Part shown: positions 11,840-23,964 of the stretch, one piece after another | How positions within the stretch are numbered: the first letter of the stretch is position 1 | How the letters are laid out: every line of letters begins with the position of its first letter | NCBI GenBank assembly: GCA_964016885.1 | Contig: OZ024751.1 | Coordinates: 50,840,001 to 50,904,000 of the forward strand | Direction of reading: 5' to 3' | Origin: Eledone cirrhosa | Lineage: Eukaryota | Length of the DNA stretch: 64,000 bases | Program-made: the position numbers and the translations under genes | Notes under the pieces: model-generated | Seen by the model: the letters and a program-made list of their open reading frames with translations, nothing else | Databases searched by the model: none | Told to the model about the DNA's origin: nothing

Positions 11840-13505
11840 GTAAAAAGATACTTAAAATGTTTTTTTTGTATGTAAATAAGGAGTGAAAAATTTTGTAGGG
11901 ATTTAACTCATATATATATAGTTATTCTACTGTAAATTTATTTATATGCTCTGTTTATATTTTCATTCTGAAGGAACTTATCCACTTGTGTTGATATAAG
12001 TGAGTTTATGACTTTCCTCTGAGCATTGTGTCATTGTATATGTTATTATAAACGTGAATAAAATATTCTATCATAATAATAATAATGAAAATATTGTGAA
12101 CAGTGCTCAGGTGCACTACAACTCATCAAAAGTGTATGTATAGTACATAGGGTAATGTACAAACGTCAGGAAAACGAACAGTGCATATATATATATATAT
12201 ATTAAAATAACAGATTAAAATTTAAGCAAAGAATCGCTGCTTTCACCCTTAACGGGATCTTCTGAAATATATATATATATATTAAATCCCCACAAAATGT
12301 TTCATATATATGTATATGTGTGTGTGTAAAGTGTTAACGTAATCAACTAATTTTTGAAAGGTTTTAATTTTATTTATAAATTATGTTAACGAAAATAAAT
12401 ATTAGTTATTTCGAAGGCAGCCTTTTAAAAAATATTTCCATGATATACAAGTTATTAACTCTTCATAATGATCGTCTGCAAATTTGTTCATAAATCAAGA
12501 GTGAAAAGTTTTTTAGGGTGTTGTTACTGTTGTCAAATTGTGGTATTTTTATTGGTGGCCATATTAATCTTATCTTGGGACTCATTATTTCTCTCCTCAT
12601 AAAGTCTTATCTTCTCTCTCTCCCTCACTCTCTCATTCACACATACAAATGATCTCTCTCTCTCTCTCTCTCTCCTATCTCTGTCTCTTTCCCCCTCTCT
12701 CATAAGCAAGTCATCTCCCCCTCTCTCATTCAAACATGCAAGTTATCTCTCTCCCTCTTTCTCTCCCCCCCCCCTCTCTCTCTCTCTCTCTCACATTCAC
12801 ACATGCAAGTTATCTCTCCCTCTTTCTCTCCCCCCTCTCTCTCTCTCACATTCACACATGCAAGTTATCTCTCCATCTCTCTCTCACACATTCAAGTTAT
12901 CTCTCTTCCCTCCCTCTCCTAAAAAGAAAAGAAGCATGTATGTGCAGTGAGTGGAATGTTGTTATTGTTGGTGAGAATTGATATTTATCCGTAGTTGAGT
13001 AGTTTCCGTTCATTGTGGTATGGCGTTGTGTTGGTGGTAGTAAACCTTTGGCTTGATGGCCGTGATATATAAAGTTGGTCTGGCCCATGTGAAGTGTTGT
13101 GTGAAATACCGTTGAATGAACAATAAACAATCGTCGCTACTTAAATAGATGTTATTAAGGAATAACCTACTACTAGGTTATTGATGATAGAATAGGAAAA
13201 GAAGGTTGTGTTGATGTTGTGATAGCGTGTGTGCAGAGTTCGAAAGTTGATATGCACAGTTGTGTGTGGACTGACTTTTGTTGAAGTGCCGGTATTATTA
13301 GTACCAGTAATGTACTGAGATAATTGCTGGCCTTGTGCCTAACGTAGAAACAATTATTATAGTTGGCAGTATCGGTAGAGCGTCAGATACCATGCTTTGC
13401 AGCATAGAGTTATGGCCCTTTATGTTCTGAGTTCAAATCCCACCGAGGTTAGCTTTGCTTTTCATCCTTACGGGGTCAATAAAATAAAGAACTAGTAATG
13501 GACTG

Positions 13506-14356
13506 GGCACTACCATGCTATTAGCTGTCAGAAGTGAAAGTTTCGTCAACCTTCTCAATCGTAAACATCGTTTATTTCCGTATTACCACGCGTTATTTTA
13601 ATAAAGCATATCGATGTAAGTGGAGTTACTTAAATGAAAATATAGGTGGCCAAAGGCCAAATTAGAAAACAAATTTAAGTTAATTAGAAAACGAGTCATG
13701 GTTATCAAATAAATTGGATTTAATCATTTATATTTTCATAGTCATGGTTATCAGTTTCATGTATAGGGTTGGTGAAAAAAATTTGTGAAAATGACTTGTT
13801 TTCTACATTGATAACCATGACTATGAAAATATAAATGATTAAATCCAATTTATTTGATAACCATGACTTGTTTTCTAAGTAACTTAAATTTGTTTTCAAA
13901 TTTGGCCCTTTTAAGGGCCACCTATATTTTCATTTAAGTAACTCCACTTACATTGATATGCTTTATTAAAATAACTGTTTCTACTTTAGGCACAAGGCCA
14001 GCAATTACCCAGTGCATTACTGGTACTTTATTTTATCGACCCCGTAAGGATGAAAGGCAAAGTCAACCTCGGCGGGATTTGAACTCATATCGTAAAGGGA
14101 CGTAACTATGCTGGACATTTATTATAGAACACCCCAACTCGATTTCAGCGAGGAAAACAAATTTTTCCTCGTTTTTTTTTGGTTTTTTTTTTTTTCGTGT
14201 TCTATCAAGTAATCCGACCCTCTACCGATACTGCCAATCCACCCACCGCCCTATGCTTTATTAAAATAACGCGTGGTAATACGGAAATAAACGATGTTTA
14301 CGATTGAGAAGGTTGACGAAACTTTCACTTCTGACAGCTAATAGCATAGTAGTGCC
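13506..14356. mobile_element. Non-autonomous foldback DNA transposon with long TIRs and 8-bp TSD
   Basis: Ends GGCACTACCATGCTATTAGCTG.../...CAGCTAATAGCATAGTAGTGCC; ATGGACTG duplicated at 13498-13505 and 14357-14364; arms about 250 bp. Confidence 0.85.
13976..14251 (-). mobile_element. SINE inserted in the right arm of the DNA transposon
   Basis: 19-bp TSD TATGCTTTATTAAAATAAC at 13957-13975 and 14252-14270. Confidence 0.85.
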
Positions 14357-14524
14357 ATGGACTGGGGTATCGCTGGCCTTGTGCCAAAAAGTAGAAACAT
14401 TTATTATAGAACACCCCAACTCGATTTCAGCGAGGAAAACAAATTTTTCCTCGTTTTGTTTTTGTTTTGTTTGTTTTTCGTGTTCTATCAAGTAATCTAA
14501 CTTCCAAGATGCTGGCAATCAATG

Positions 14525-14955
14525 TTTTTCCCCGGAAAACGGAATGGGTGGAGGTGAGATACCCCCCCCCCCTCCTCGAAGTTTTTACTACGATTTTTGT
14601 TCACGTGTTAACAACGAATAAGACCACCAAACCAGTCGAAAACGACTAGATTTGTAGAAAAAAAGTGGGGGTGGAAGAGGGCGAAAAGACCATCGGAGTT
14701 TCGCAGATCTACACACCTCTCGCGTTTGGTGGGAGATAATTATTTTTCCTCAATTTTTTCTGGACCTCTTAGATGCTTGCAAGGATTAGGGTTAAGGTGT
14801 CTCCCTTGGTCTCCGAGCCGCGAGCGAGTGCGGGCCCATGGTATGATTTGTGCGAATGAGCGTTTGAGTTTTGCTATGCTCTCTGCGAAGCAGGTGAGCA
14901 TCACGCAAGGAGATTCAGTCCGGACATAATTGGAGACGACATAAACAAAGTGAGT
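14525..14955 (+). promoter_or_regulatory. CpG-rich candidate promoter / alternative first exon of BORCS8
   Basis: Locally GC/CpG-rich, CCGGAA motif, two consensus donors (CAG|gtgagc at 14893, AAA|gtgagt at 14949). Confidence 0.45.
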
Positions 14956-16855
14956 TGTGTTCTCACTTCTTCCTTACTTTCCTTTGGTCTCATTCACTTC
15001 CCCAAATAGATCTTCTCAACAATTTCACATATTTGATTTTATATGAGTTATATCCCTTGCTTGTATTTTTTTTTTTTTTGTAAACAATCCCTGGAGGAAA
15101 TTATTGTCTACTAATTTCATAAATAATTTCAGTTGATCAAGGTTTTTCAACACACTATATTACATGTGTGGAACACTACCATATGTAAATAGTCCTGCTC
15201 TGAGATTAGGTTTTATGAAAGCTTATCTCAGCCACTTGGGATGGAGAATTAAACTTAATTATTCATCAGGATCCAATTACCTCCCTTTCGCAAGATGTCC
15301 ATGTATATTAAAATAAAAACAAGTGTTTACCTAAATAAGGTAGCAAATAGGCAAAATTGTTAGAACATCAGAGGAGAAAAATACAAAGGTTCTATTTTAT
15401 TCGTCAAATATATATATGTGTGTGTGTGTGTGTGTTTGTATATTTACTGTGATATACCGGTTGGACAAAAAAAGGATCGATGAAATAAGAATCAAACTTG
15501 AAAAAATAAGTATTGGGTCTATATGATCGACAAGTGAAGGCAGCGCCCCAGCGTGACTGAAAGCAGAAAGGAAATCAATCATAATTAGATGCTTGTCTAA
15601 TTATGATTGTATTTGTCTATATATATATATGTTTGTGTGTCTATAACTTTTTCAAATTTACACACACAAACATCTTTAATCACTTCCACATGTTCCAATC
15701 GGCATAAACTATAGGGTTTCTCTTATGCAAACCATTAGTTTATCGAAACGAAAATATCCTAGATTGTATGATTATTCATATATCCAGTAATCCTGGTATA
15801 TATAGCATACCAATCCAGGTCACACACAAAAAAAATACATCGAACACTCTCTATTGCTGTCATTATTGACGGCACTGGTTTATAAGTAAAGGAATGAATA
15901 ACTCGATAAATATAGTTAATTCGTTAGTCATGAGAAATTACCTCCCCTTGTTTGTAGATGTAGTAACAGGCAAGAAGTGGGAGGTTGTGTAGCTGGTCTA
16001 CGCCGTGAAATATTCAATCAATAACAACAGAAGTAGTCGTAGTAGTAACTGCAAGCCCCCGCGCCTCTCTCGCTCTGGTCGCCTCTTACTGCTACTACCC
16101 CCCCCCCCCCCCCTGTGTTATTAATCAACACATTTTTCTATTGATTTTACCATCAACAGGAACCATCATCATCCATCGTTGAACAGAACTAATTCTCCTC
16201 GCTATCTATTCTCCCGCTCCCCACTACCACGTCTAACACACATATATACATAAATTCATATAAACACATGCAAGCACATTTATGTAATAAACTAGCTATT
16301 TGACAAGTTGGGTAGACAGCCAACTGGCTAACTAGTTAGCTATCTGTCTATTTAGGTTGGTATCTATCTATACTAAGACATCGTTACTTATAAATGGAAG
16401 ATGGAGTGAAGTGTTTAGTTCACATAACAGATGAGATGCAAGGTAAACACAATTCCATGTTACTACACATATATATATACACACCCGTATATGTCATTGT
16501 ATGTTTATGATATATATATCTATATCTGGTTTGTATGTATGTGTATATATATATATATATATATATAAGCACGTATATACATGTATGTCAACGTTCTTGT
16601 ATATATTGTCAATAGAACTGATGTAACACATCTTTATTTATATATAGAAATGTGACAATACGCAGCGTAATTATACATATATTAACATTGTGTACGCGTG
16701 TATATATATATATATAATATGTATGTATATATATATTTAACTGCATAATTATATATTCATAAACATAAAATGCGCACTATACAAGTCCGTGTGTATCCGG
16801 TATATGTTTCGTGCCAGTGTATATTATATAAATAAATAGTCGTTCATTTTATAAG

Positions 16856-16893
<38 letters not shown>

Positions 16894-18011
16894 AATAAGC
16901 TAAGGTACTGGAATAACCAAGCACCCTCACGGACATCACCTAATACCTCGGTAAAGCGAGCCACTAACAATGACAAGAACTTCGTTGTCAGCTGTTCAAC
17001 TCATCCAAACGTTTTGCCCACCATAGGTTGGCGAAAATAGTTTGCCTATAATTCTTGCTATTTTACAATTTTATTCCGTTCGGTTATGGATGTAGTGACG
17101 CTCACCTTAACCGCAGCAGCCAGAATATGGGAAGGCGCAAAAAAGTCACTGACTGCCACATATCATATGAGACCACTGGATAAGACCATCTGGCCTCTTC
17201 CCATTAACTCTGGACGAAACAGCTGGCTCTAGAATTGAGAGGATATTGACTCGAGCCAAGGCCCTGCTTTATAATTACGTTTAGTACGTGTATATATATG
17301 TATATATATATATATAGTTGGATTCCGGATGTATATTGGGAGGTGACCATAGTTTATATATATAAATCTAAATTCATGTCATTTAGCATGTATGTATTTG
17401 TATCGTCATTATCATCATCATCGCCGTTTTACGTCCATTCTTCCACGCTAGCATGGGTTAGACGAGTTGTCCTGTTGTGGGTAATGCTAGGTCAGGTGAC
17501 CATGCCTTGCTTATACAGGACTGGTTTGGGCTAGGCTTCTACAGCTGGATGCCCTTCCTAACGCCAAACACACCTGTGCTAAATGGCATGAATTTAGATT
17601 AAAATATTACAATGTGATGTTACTGAACTTGCTGGTTAGACAAAGTAAAGAAAAGCCTGGCGGTATTTGTTAACGACCCCCCGCCTCCACCTCAGGGATG
17701 GGGGTAATAATTATTTTCAGAAAATTTATTTATATGCATGAGAAAAAATAGATATTTCTTCCACAACGAAGAGATTGCTATGAACATGTTTGGGCTTTAT
17801 TCAACCTCACAACTACCAAAGAATTTTGTTTGTTTTGTTTCCAATCTAGTCTCTATTTCTCTCTCCATATCTAGTCTCTATTTCTCTCTCCATATCTAGT
17901 CTCTATTTCTCTCTCCAATCTAGTCTCTATTTCTCTCTCCATATCTATGGAATGGTGTGTTTCTGTGTGTAAACAAATTAGGGTGAAACATTTTAAAATA
18001 AATAGATATTC

Positions 18012-18268
18012 AACCCCTTTATTACCATATTTCTTATGAAAGACACTGCCTATGATTTTCAAATATTTTTTAATATAATCAAGAATTTGGAGGGATTTAA
18101 TAATATAACTAACTTTCTCATTCAGCTAGTGTTTGGAACATAACTTAACAGAAGTTATTACTTAAAATTATTTGGAAATCTTTTTAGATAAATATAAACA
18201 CTTTAAAACAAAGTTTCATAACATAGAGCTATGGGTGGTTTTAAGTAGTTTGGTATCAAAAGAGTTCA
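18012..18268. mobile_element. Old piggyBac-like MITE (same family as 62203-62477)
   Basis: Shares internal ATGAAAGACACT..ATGATT..GAGGGATT..AACTTTCTCATT and the end GTTTGGTATCAAAAG(A/G)GTT with 62203-62477. Confidence 0.45.
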
Positions 18269-18462
18269 ACAAATAAAAAATTCATCATCACCATCATCCC
18301 ACCCCCAACACTATCACCATCACCACCACCAAACCCCAACACTGTCATCACCACTACCACATTACCCCAACACTATCCTCACCACCACCACACCCCCAAT
18401 ACTATCATTTCCAGCATTTTAATTGTTGTTGATGTTATGGTTACAATCTTTTATATTACCAG

Positions 18463-18552
18463 GTAGTGACGGCTTACTAAGGCGTGTCTCTGGGGGAAAC
18501 CAGTCCATCCGAGAGAACCTGGAACCTGAACTTGAACACAAAGCACGAAAAG
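18463..18552 (+). CDS. BORCS8: BORCS8 homologue exon
   Basis: ccag|GTAGT...AAAAG|gtaact; (G)SDGLLRRVSGGNQSIRENLEPELEHKARK, similar to the EPEMQLKGKK start of human BORCS8. Confidence 0.8.
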
Positions 18553-18805
18553 GTAACTACTACTATATATTACATATACATATCATTGGCTCTGTAAAGA
18601 TTTCTTTATTGGAAGAAGCAGAACTAGTCTTGTAAGAGTCACCTTTCAATAAAAGGAAATTCCATATTTTCGCTGCAGGTCTCTTTTGTGTTTTAGGGTA
18701 ATGACTTGTTTTCCATCCAGGTGGGTATTTGCCTCACCTGTTAGACTATTAGCTTTAAATGTAAAATTCATAATTCACTCATCAGTTCTAAAGATAGACT
18801 ATATG

Positions 18806-18863
<58 letters not shown>

Positions 18864-19175
18864 TTAAATGTAATGTGCAAGAGAGAAGATTGTGCTGACA
18901 TGGACATGTGATGCATATGGAGGATAGCAGCTGCATTAAGAAATGCAGAGCTATCCTTACAATTCAATTGGGAGTTACTAGTCCATACATACATTTTTAT
19001 AGTTTCAATTAGTCATTTGTTTTAGCTGCAAATGGCTCTTCAGATTGAAAAGGTTCCTCCATCACATCCTTAAGACATTCTAAATGGTTTCGGTTCCTGT
19101 AGCATGGACCAATTTCCAAATTAGTGCTGTTACTTGAAAAGTCATTTATTTTTTTGTTTTTGTTTTTTGAAACAG

Positions 19176-19288
19176 TGAGTGAAAGATTCTCTGAAAATCT
19201 TCACATCATCACAAATGAACCCTCCCTGGCATTTTTCCGAATTCAAGAACATGTCCGGAAATCTCTTCCACAGCTGGTCGAGCAGAAG
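19176..19288 (+). CDS. BORCS8: BORCS8 homologue exon (conserved core)
   Basis: (V)SERFSENLHIITNEPSLAFFRIQEHVRKSLPQLVEQK matches the BORCS8/MEF2BNB motif NEPS.A.YR.QEHVR.SLP.L; canonical splice sites. Confidence 0.92.
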
Positions 19289-19772
19289 GTAAGACACAAA
19301 TTTTGGAATTGTCTTGTTGCTTATTATTAGTCCCACATCAGTTTTGAACCAACAAACTTATGAAACAAAGGGCATTGCAGCTACTACTGGGGTAGTTCTT
19401 CTTCATCTCACTGTCTCTCCTTCTCTAGATGAAATCGGTTATGCTCCAACCTAGGAAGGAATGGGCTCTGCCAAGTTTAAATTGCCTATGACAGACCGTG
19501 TGTCTGGACGGCACCCCTACAACTCAATCAATTATTAAAGGCCCTTTCTTTTTATATTACTGTTTAGCCCTAGGTCAACCTTGATCCAACAGACCTATAA
19601 TCAGAAGCATTCCAACTATGGCCACCACATCTTTATTTCAGCCTTAGTTTAGTTAGAACTACACTATCTTAATGTGTATCTTAAGGTGTAAAACTGTTGA
19701 TTATGATGATTATGAAGTATGATATTATGGAGATTTAGTTATTTCTACTGGACATCTCTCTCTCTCCCTCAG

Positions 19773-19837
19773 CATGAAGTCCAGGAAATCCACCAAAATG
19801 TCCAAGGTGCCTGTTTTGACACAGAGTATGCTAAAAA
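19773..19837 (+). CDS. BORCS8: BORCS8 homologue exon
   Basis: ctcag|CATGAA...AAAAA|gtgagt; HEVQEIHQNVQGACFDTEYAK (cf. QGAIYTVEYA). Confidence 0.9.
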
Positions 19838-19899
19838 GTGAGTTAATGTTGTTGTTATTGTTGTTGTTACTGTTTTATATCTTCTGTCACACTAGACTG

Positions 19900-20470
19900 A
19901 TGGTTGCAAACATCTCTTAGTAGTCACTAACTTTAGACTTAGAGCTAGATGAATACAGAGATAGAAGATAAATTGAAGTAGAAAGACATGGAAGTTGATG
20001 GAGCTCTCAACTGGGGACAAATTCAGAGCTGTCCTGCTTGACAGTTTATGACAGTAAAGAAGAGGAGGTAGAAACTGGTAATGCAGTGGAGGTTTCTGTA
20101 GGATAACCTGCTGAAGACTACAGACAAGACCTGTCACTGATGCAAGGTCAGAGGAAGATGAAGGGATACATGGTGAAATTGTAGGGTAGATGAGGTGATC
20201 AAACCTAAGAAACAGACATGGAAAGACTGGTAAAATAAGGGATGCAGGGAACAGGTATTAAGAAGCTAAAAGAGAAGGTAAGCACAAAGTTCACTTTAGT
20301 AAAGAGGAAAGCTGAAACTAAGAAGTTTGCATGTGTTTTACATTATGTGGATCAAAGACACAAGGTGTTCAGGATTAAAAAAACTATCAAGATTAGAGGT
20401 ACAATATATTGTCAAAGATCTACAAACCATAACCAAGATCTTTCAGAACATGGAGGCTATGAAAAGATTC
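19900..20470 (+). mobile_element. Highly decayed RTE LINE fragment
   Basis: Resembles the reverse complement of 56750-57270 (e.g. RKAETKKFACVL..DQR..VF vs REAESRRFANVL..DQR..VF). Confidence 0.55.
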
Positions 20471-20720
20471 AACGACAGACACTTTTACCTGCTTTGTACT
20501 TGTCCTTATTTATGCTTCTTTTGCCTCCTGCTTTCCTTTTTCCTCTCCCTCTTTCTCGCTTGATTTTCTTTCTTAATTGTAAGAAGTTTTAGATACCTCT
20601 CCTTATCTGTTACAGCTTAACAGCTTCTTATCTATTAGCTGTATACAGACATTTAAATTGATTAAATAAATATATATACATAAATATATCATTCACTGTT
20701 TCTCTGATGTTTCTTTCTAG

Positions 20721-20828
20721 TGCTGTAAATGCCATGCAGAACAGTAATGTTCATTTCCAAAACATCCAAGATCTCCTGAAGAATGCCATGTTTATGAAAC
20801 AGCAAATAGAATATGAAGAATCTAGAAA
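20721..20828 (+). CDS. BORCS8: BORCS8 homologue exon
   Basis: ttctag|TGCTG...AGAAA|gtaag; (N)AVNAMQNSNVHFQNIQDLLKNAMFMKQQIEYEESR (cf. AVKNL..S..YF....LLKQAI). Confidence 0.9.
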
Positions 20829-21137
20829 GTAAGATATAATTTCTTTATTCTTTCTTACAACCAGCAAGGAGTCTCAGCTAGCTGGTAAGACAAGGTGTCT
20901 GCGACTACTGGTAGAACAATCAACTGTATAAGTCTAATCGGGGGGGGTGACAGGCAGCTGTCAGCGCAGTTCATAGTTTGTGTGTTATCAAAGGAGGCCA
21001 TATTATGACATCCTGTCTTCAGACCTGGAGAGGGTTGAGCTTCGCCAGGTTTAAATGTGCCCTAAACATGCTGTATGACAATGCCTCTACAACTCCACAA
21101 GGAGTTATGGGGGGATCTATATATATATATATATATA

Positions 21138-21325
21138 ATTGTTTCTACTTTTGGCACAAGGCCAGCAATAACCCAGTACATTACTAGTACGTTATCTTAT
21201 CGACTCCGTAAGGATGAAAGGCAAAGTTGACCTCGGCGGGATTTGAACTCAGAATGCCAAGGGCCGTAACTCTTTGCGTCAAAGCATGGTGTCCAACCCT
21301 CTACCGATACTGCCAATCCACCGCC
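21138..21325 (-). mobile_element. tRNA-derived SINE (8939 family)
   Basis: Full-length reverse-complement copy flanked by ATATATATATAA. Confidence 0.8.
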
Positions 21326-21366
21326 ATATATATAATAACCAGGATTAAGTTAAATGAAATAATTTA

Positions 21367-21440
21367 ATTGATTGACGAACGTTTCGATTAACCAAAACAG
21401 GAATATTCATTCCTGTTGTGTTATTATCATCAGAATCTAT
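21367..21440 (-). ncRNA. Type I hammerhead ribozyme with GUC cleavage triplet (family B)
   Basis: AUAGAUU-CUGAUGA-[long stem II incl. AACAGGAAU/AUUCCUGUU]-GAAA-CG(UU)CG-UC-AAUCAAU; stem I GAUU/AAUC. Confidence 0.75.
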
Positions 21441-21496
21441 TAAGTAACTTTAATATTTACCAACATATATAAATATGTGTGTGTGTATATATATAT

Positions 21497-21837
21497 ATAT
21501 TAATAAATGGAAACTATCTTTATAAAACCATACTTATTTTATTATATATATTTCAAGAGTACCAACATTTTTTGGTACGCTCTCATCAGATAAAATACAA
21601 AGTTTTATACATAGTGACATATCCAAAAACAAGAACTTATCGTTTTAAGTTCTGTTTGACTATTCAAACAGAACTTAAAACGATAAGTTCTTGTTTTTGG
21701 ATATGTCACTATGTTTTATAAAGATAGTTTCCATTTATTAATATTATTGATATTATACTCCAGAAGAAATCTGTAGAGTGCTTCGAATCTGTTATAAATA
21801 AATTTGTTGAATAACCAACAAATTAAATAACTCTTTG

Positions 21838-21840
<3 letters not shown>
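21497..21840. mobile_element. Foldback element, family C copy 1, in (TA)n
   Basis: Inverted arms 21497-21530/21713-21746 and 21610-21658/21664-21712; the right arm lacks the hammerhead segment; tail resembles 22225-22310. Confidence 0.75.
21535..21597 (-). ncRNA. Type I hammerhead ribozyme (family C)
   Basis: UAUUUUAU-CUGAUGA-GAGCGUACCA[..]UGGUACUCUU-GAAA-UAUAUA-UA-AUAAAAUA; perfect 8-bp stem I and self-complementary stem III. Confidence 0.75.
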
Positions 21841-21897
<57 letters not shown>

Positions 21898-21955
21898 TAT
21901 ATATATAAATGTACGATATATTAACAAATGGAAACTATATTTATAAAACCATATT

Positions 21956-22020
21956 TATTTCATTATACATATTTCAAGGACACCAAGTTAAATTATGGTG
22001 TGCTTTCATCAGATAAAATA
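21956..22020 (-). ncRNA. Type I hammerhead ribozyme (family C, left arm)
   Basis: Reverse complement of 22116-22180 with one substitution in stem II. Confidence 0.7.
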
Positions 22021-22115
22021 TAATATAGAGCAGTTTTATAAATAAATATTGACATACCCTGAAAAGAATGCGACCATTTCTGTTGGAAGCTTATTTATAA
22101 AACTGCTCTATATTA

Positions 22116-22180
22116 TATTTTATCTGATGAAAGCACACCATAATTTAACTTGGTGTCTTTGAAATATGTATAATGAAATA
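22116..22180 (+). ncRNA. Type I hammerhead ribozyme (family C, right arm; sense to the BORCS8 intron)
   Basis: UAUUUUAU-CUGAUGA-AAGCACACCA[UAAUUUAACU]UGGUGUCUUU-GAAA-UAUGUA-UA-AUGAAAUA. Confidence 0.75.
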
Positions 22181-22327
22181 AATATGGTTTTATAAATATA
22201 GTTTCCATTTGTTAATATATCGTATTTTTACTCCAATAATTTGTTGTGTGCTTTATATCAGTTATAAAAATATTTGCTTGTTGTAGCCCAACAATTTAAA
22301 TAGAACTTCTACATATATATATAAATG

Positions 22328-22369
<42 letters not shown>

Positions 22370-22509
22370 TTACCTTGCCAACTTCACAGGATACAGAAAG
22401 GTCAGATGTCAAATTTGAACGCTAACTCGTTGCGTTAGAAGTGGTTCATTAATTTAGAACCAGTTGTAACTGTATCAACATGTAAGTTAATTCGTTGTTA
22501 AATTCAAAT

Positions 22510-22790
22510 ACTAACCCTACTATAATATCACTACTATACTCTATATTCTTTACCTTAACTATATCACTACTATACTATATACTCTACACCTTAACTATAT
22601 CACTACTATATATTCTTAACCTTAACTATGCTACTACTACCATGATATCTATGTTCTATACTATACTACTACTACCATAATATCTGTGTTCTATACTATA
22701 CTACTACCATAATATCTATGTTCTATATTATACTACTACCATAATATCTGTGTTCTATACTATACTATAACTTTACTAATACTACCATAA
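22510..22790. repeat. Degenerate roughly 30-bp minisatellite
   Basis: Repeated CTATACTATACTACTACCATAATATCT(G/A)TGTT. Confidence 0.75.
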
Positions 22791-23703
22791 TGCCAGTGCC
22801 TCTCTATACTGCTTTATATATATATATATATCTACGATTATACTAATATTTCACTGGAGTCCATGGCTAGTCTATCTTTGCTACACTATAGCCATAGTCT
22901 ATAGCTGAACTAATAGAACTATCGTAAGGAATATTAGATGCTGTAATAACAGGATTATAGTATTGATACTATGTTGTGATGTGAATATTGGTTGATGTGA
23001 ATCATTTCAGGCAGTTTAGTATCAAAAAGGTTGACATCAATATATATGTAGAATGAGATGGCAAAGCTATGTTTTCATAGGGGCTTCTATTAGGGACCAC
23101 TTCTTGTTTTCCAGCATTTTACTGTGTTCAGGTAAAGTCCTAGTCCAAAGGTGGCCATATTTAAGAGGTCCAGCTTGTATATACTGGGTTTTATTATTAT
23201 TGTTATTAATATCTTGTAAATTACCATCAGTGTTCAATGACAAATATCTTATCTCAGCTCTCCACTCATCATTGGATTCTTCCATACTCTCTATTTTCTC
23301 TCATGGTGGCAATATATATATATATAAATGTGGTTGCTGTTAGGAAGGGCATCCAGCCATAGAAACCAAGCCTAAACCAGCCCTGTAAGTCATGGTTGGT
23401 CATTGGACCTGGCTTGTCTCACAATAGGGTAACACGTCTAACCCATGCTAGCATGGAAAATGGACATTAAATCATGATGATGATATATATCTATATATGT
23501 ATATATATATATATTCTCTTATTGCTGCCTTCATTCTCATTTTCATCATCATCACCACCACCATCAACATCACTTTTGTTGTTATCGCCACTTTTACGAT
23601 TTCTCTTGTTGTTCTGCTCTTTTATTCTTATTCTTATCTTCCTCTTCACCGCCTTCTTCTGACCACCTCTCCTCCTCCTCCTCCTCTTGCTGTGGAATTA
23701 AAG

Positions 23704-23964
23704 GCAACAGGAGCGACGTCACCCGAGCATGTACAGCACCAGTGGAGGTAGTGGAGGAGCAGGCAGTTCATCGGAAATTGCAGCAAGTGCACTGGTCAGC
23801 AGCAACAGTGGTAGTGGTAGTGGTAGTAAAGGTCGTAATAGTGGTGGTGGTGGTGGAGGTGGTGGTGGTGGTGGTGGTGGTGGTGGTCTCAACCGTATGA
23901 ACTCGAGCTGTTGTACAGATAGCAGTGATAGCTCAATGAGTCAAAGTGGTTCTGGACAGCCAGG
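23704..23964 (+). CDS. BORCS8: BORCS8 homologue exon, Gly/Ser-rich C-terminal extension
   Basis: Pyrimidine tract then taaag|G; phase 2 fits the previous exon; (K)QQERRHPSMYSTSGG...poly-G...SGQPG; either donor GG|gtaggt or in-frame TAG at 23966-23968. Confidence 0.6.

Larger units (their letters stand above)
13363..14400 (+). mobile_element. SINE split by a DNA transposon insertion
   Basis: SINE head and core at 13363-13505; tail resumes at 14357-14400. Confidence 0.75.
21912..22310. mobile_element. Foldback element, family C copy 2, with a hammerhead on each arm
   Basis: Arms 21912-22045 / 22091-22224 are near-perfect inverted copies; about 45-bp spacer; (TA)n on both sides. Confidence 0.85.

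Noticed and set aside
12232-12270. Weak hammerhead-like strings (also about 17175-17228, 33670-33758, 43783 and 44520-44577)
   Set aside because: Core mutated or truncated and stems I/III not demonstrable; possibly decayed relatives, but not supportable individually.
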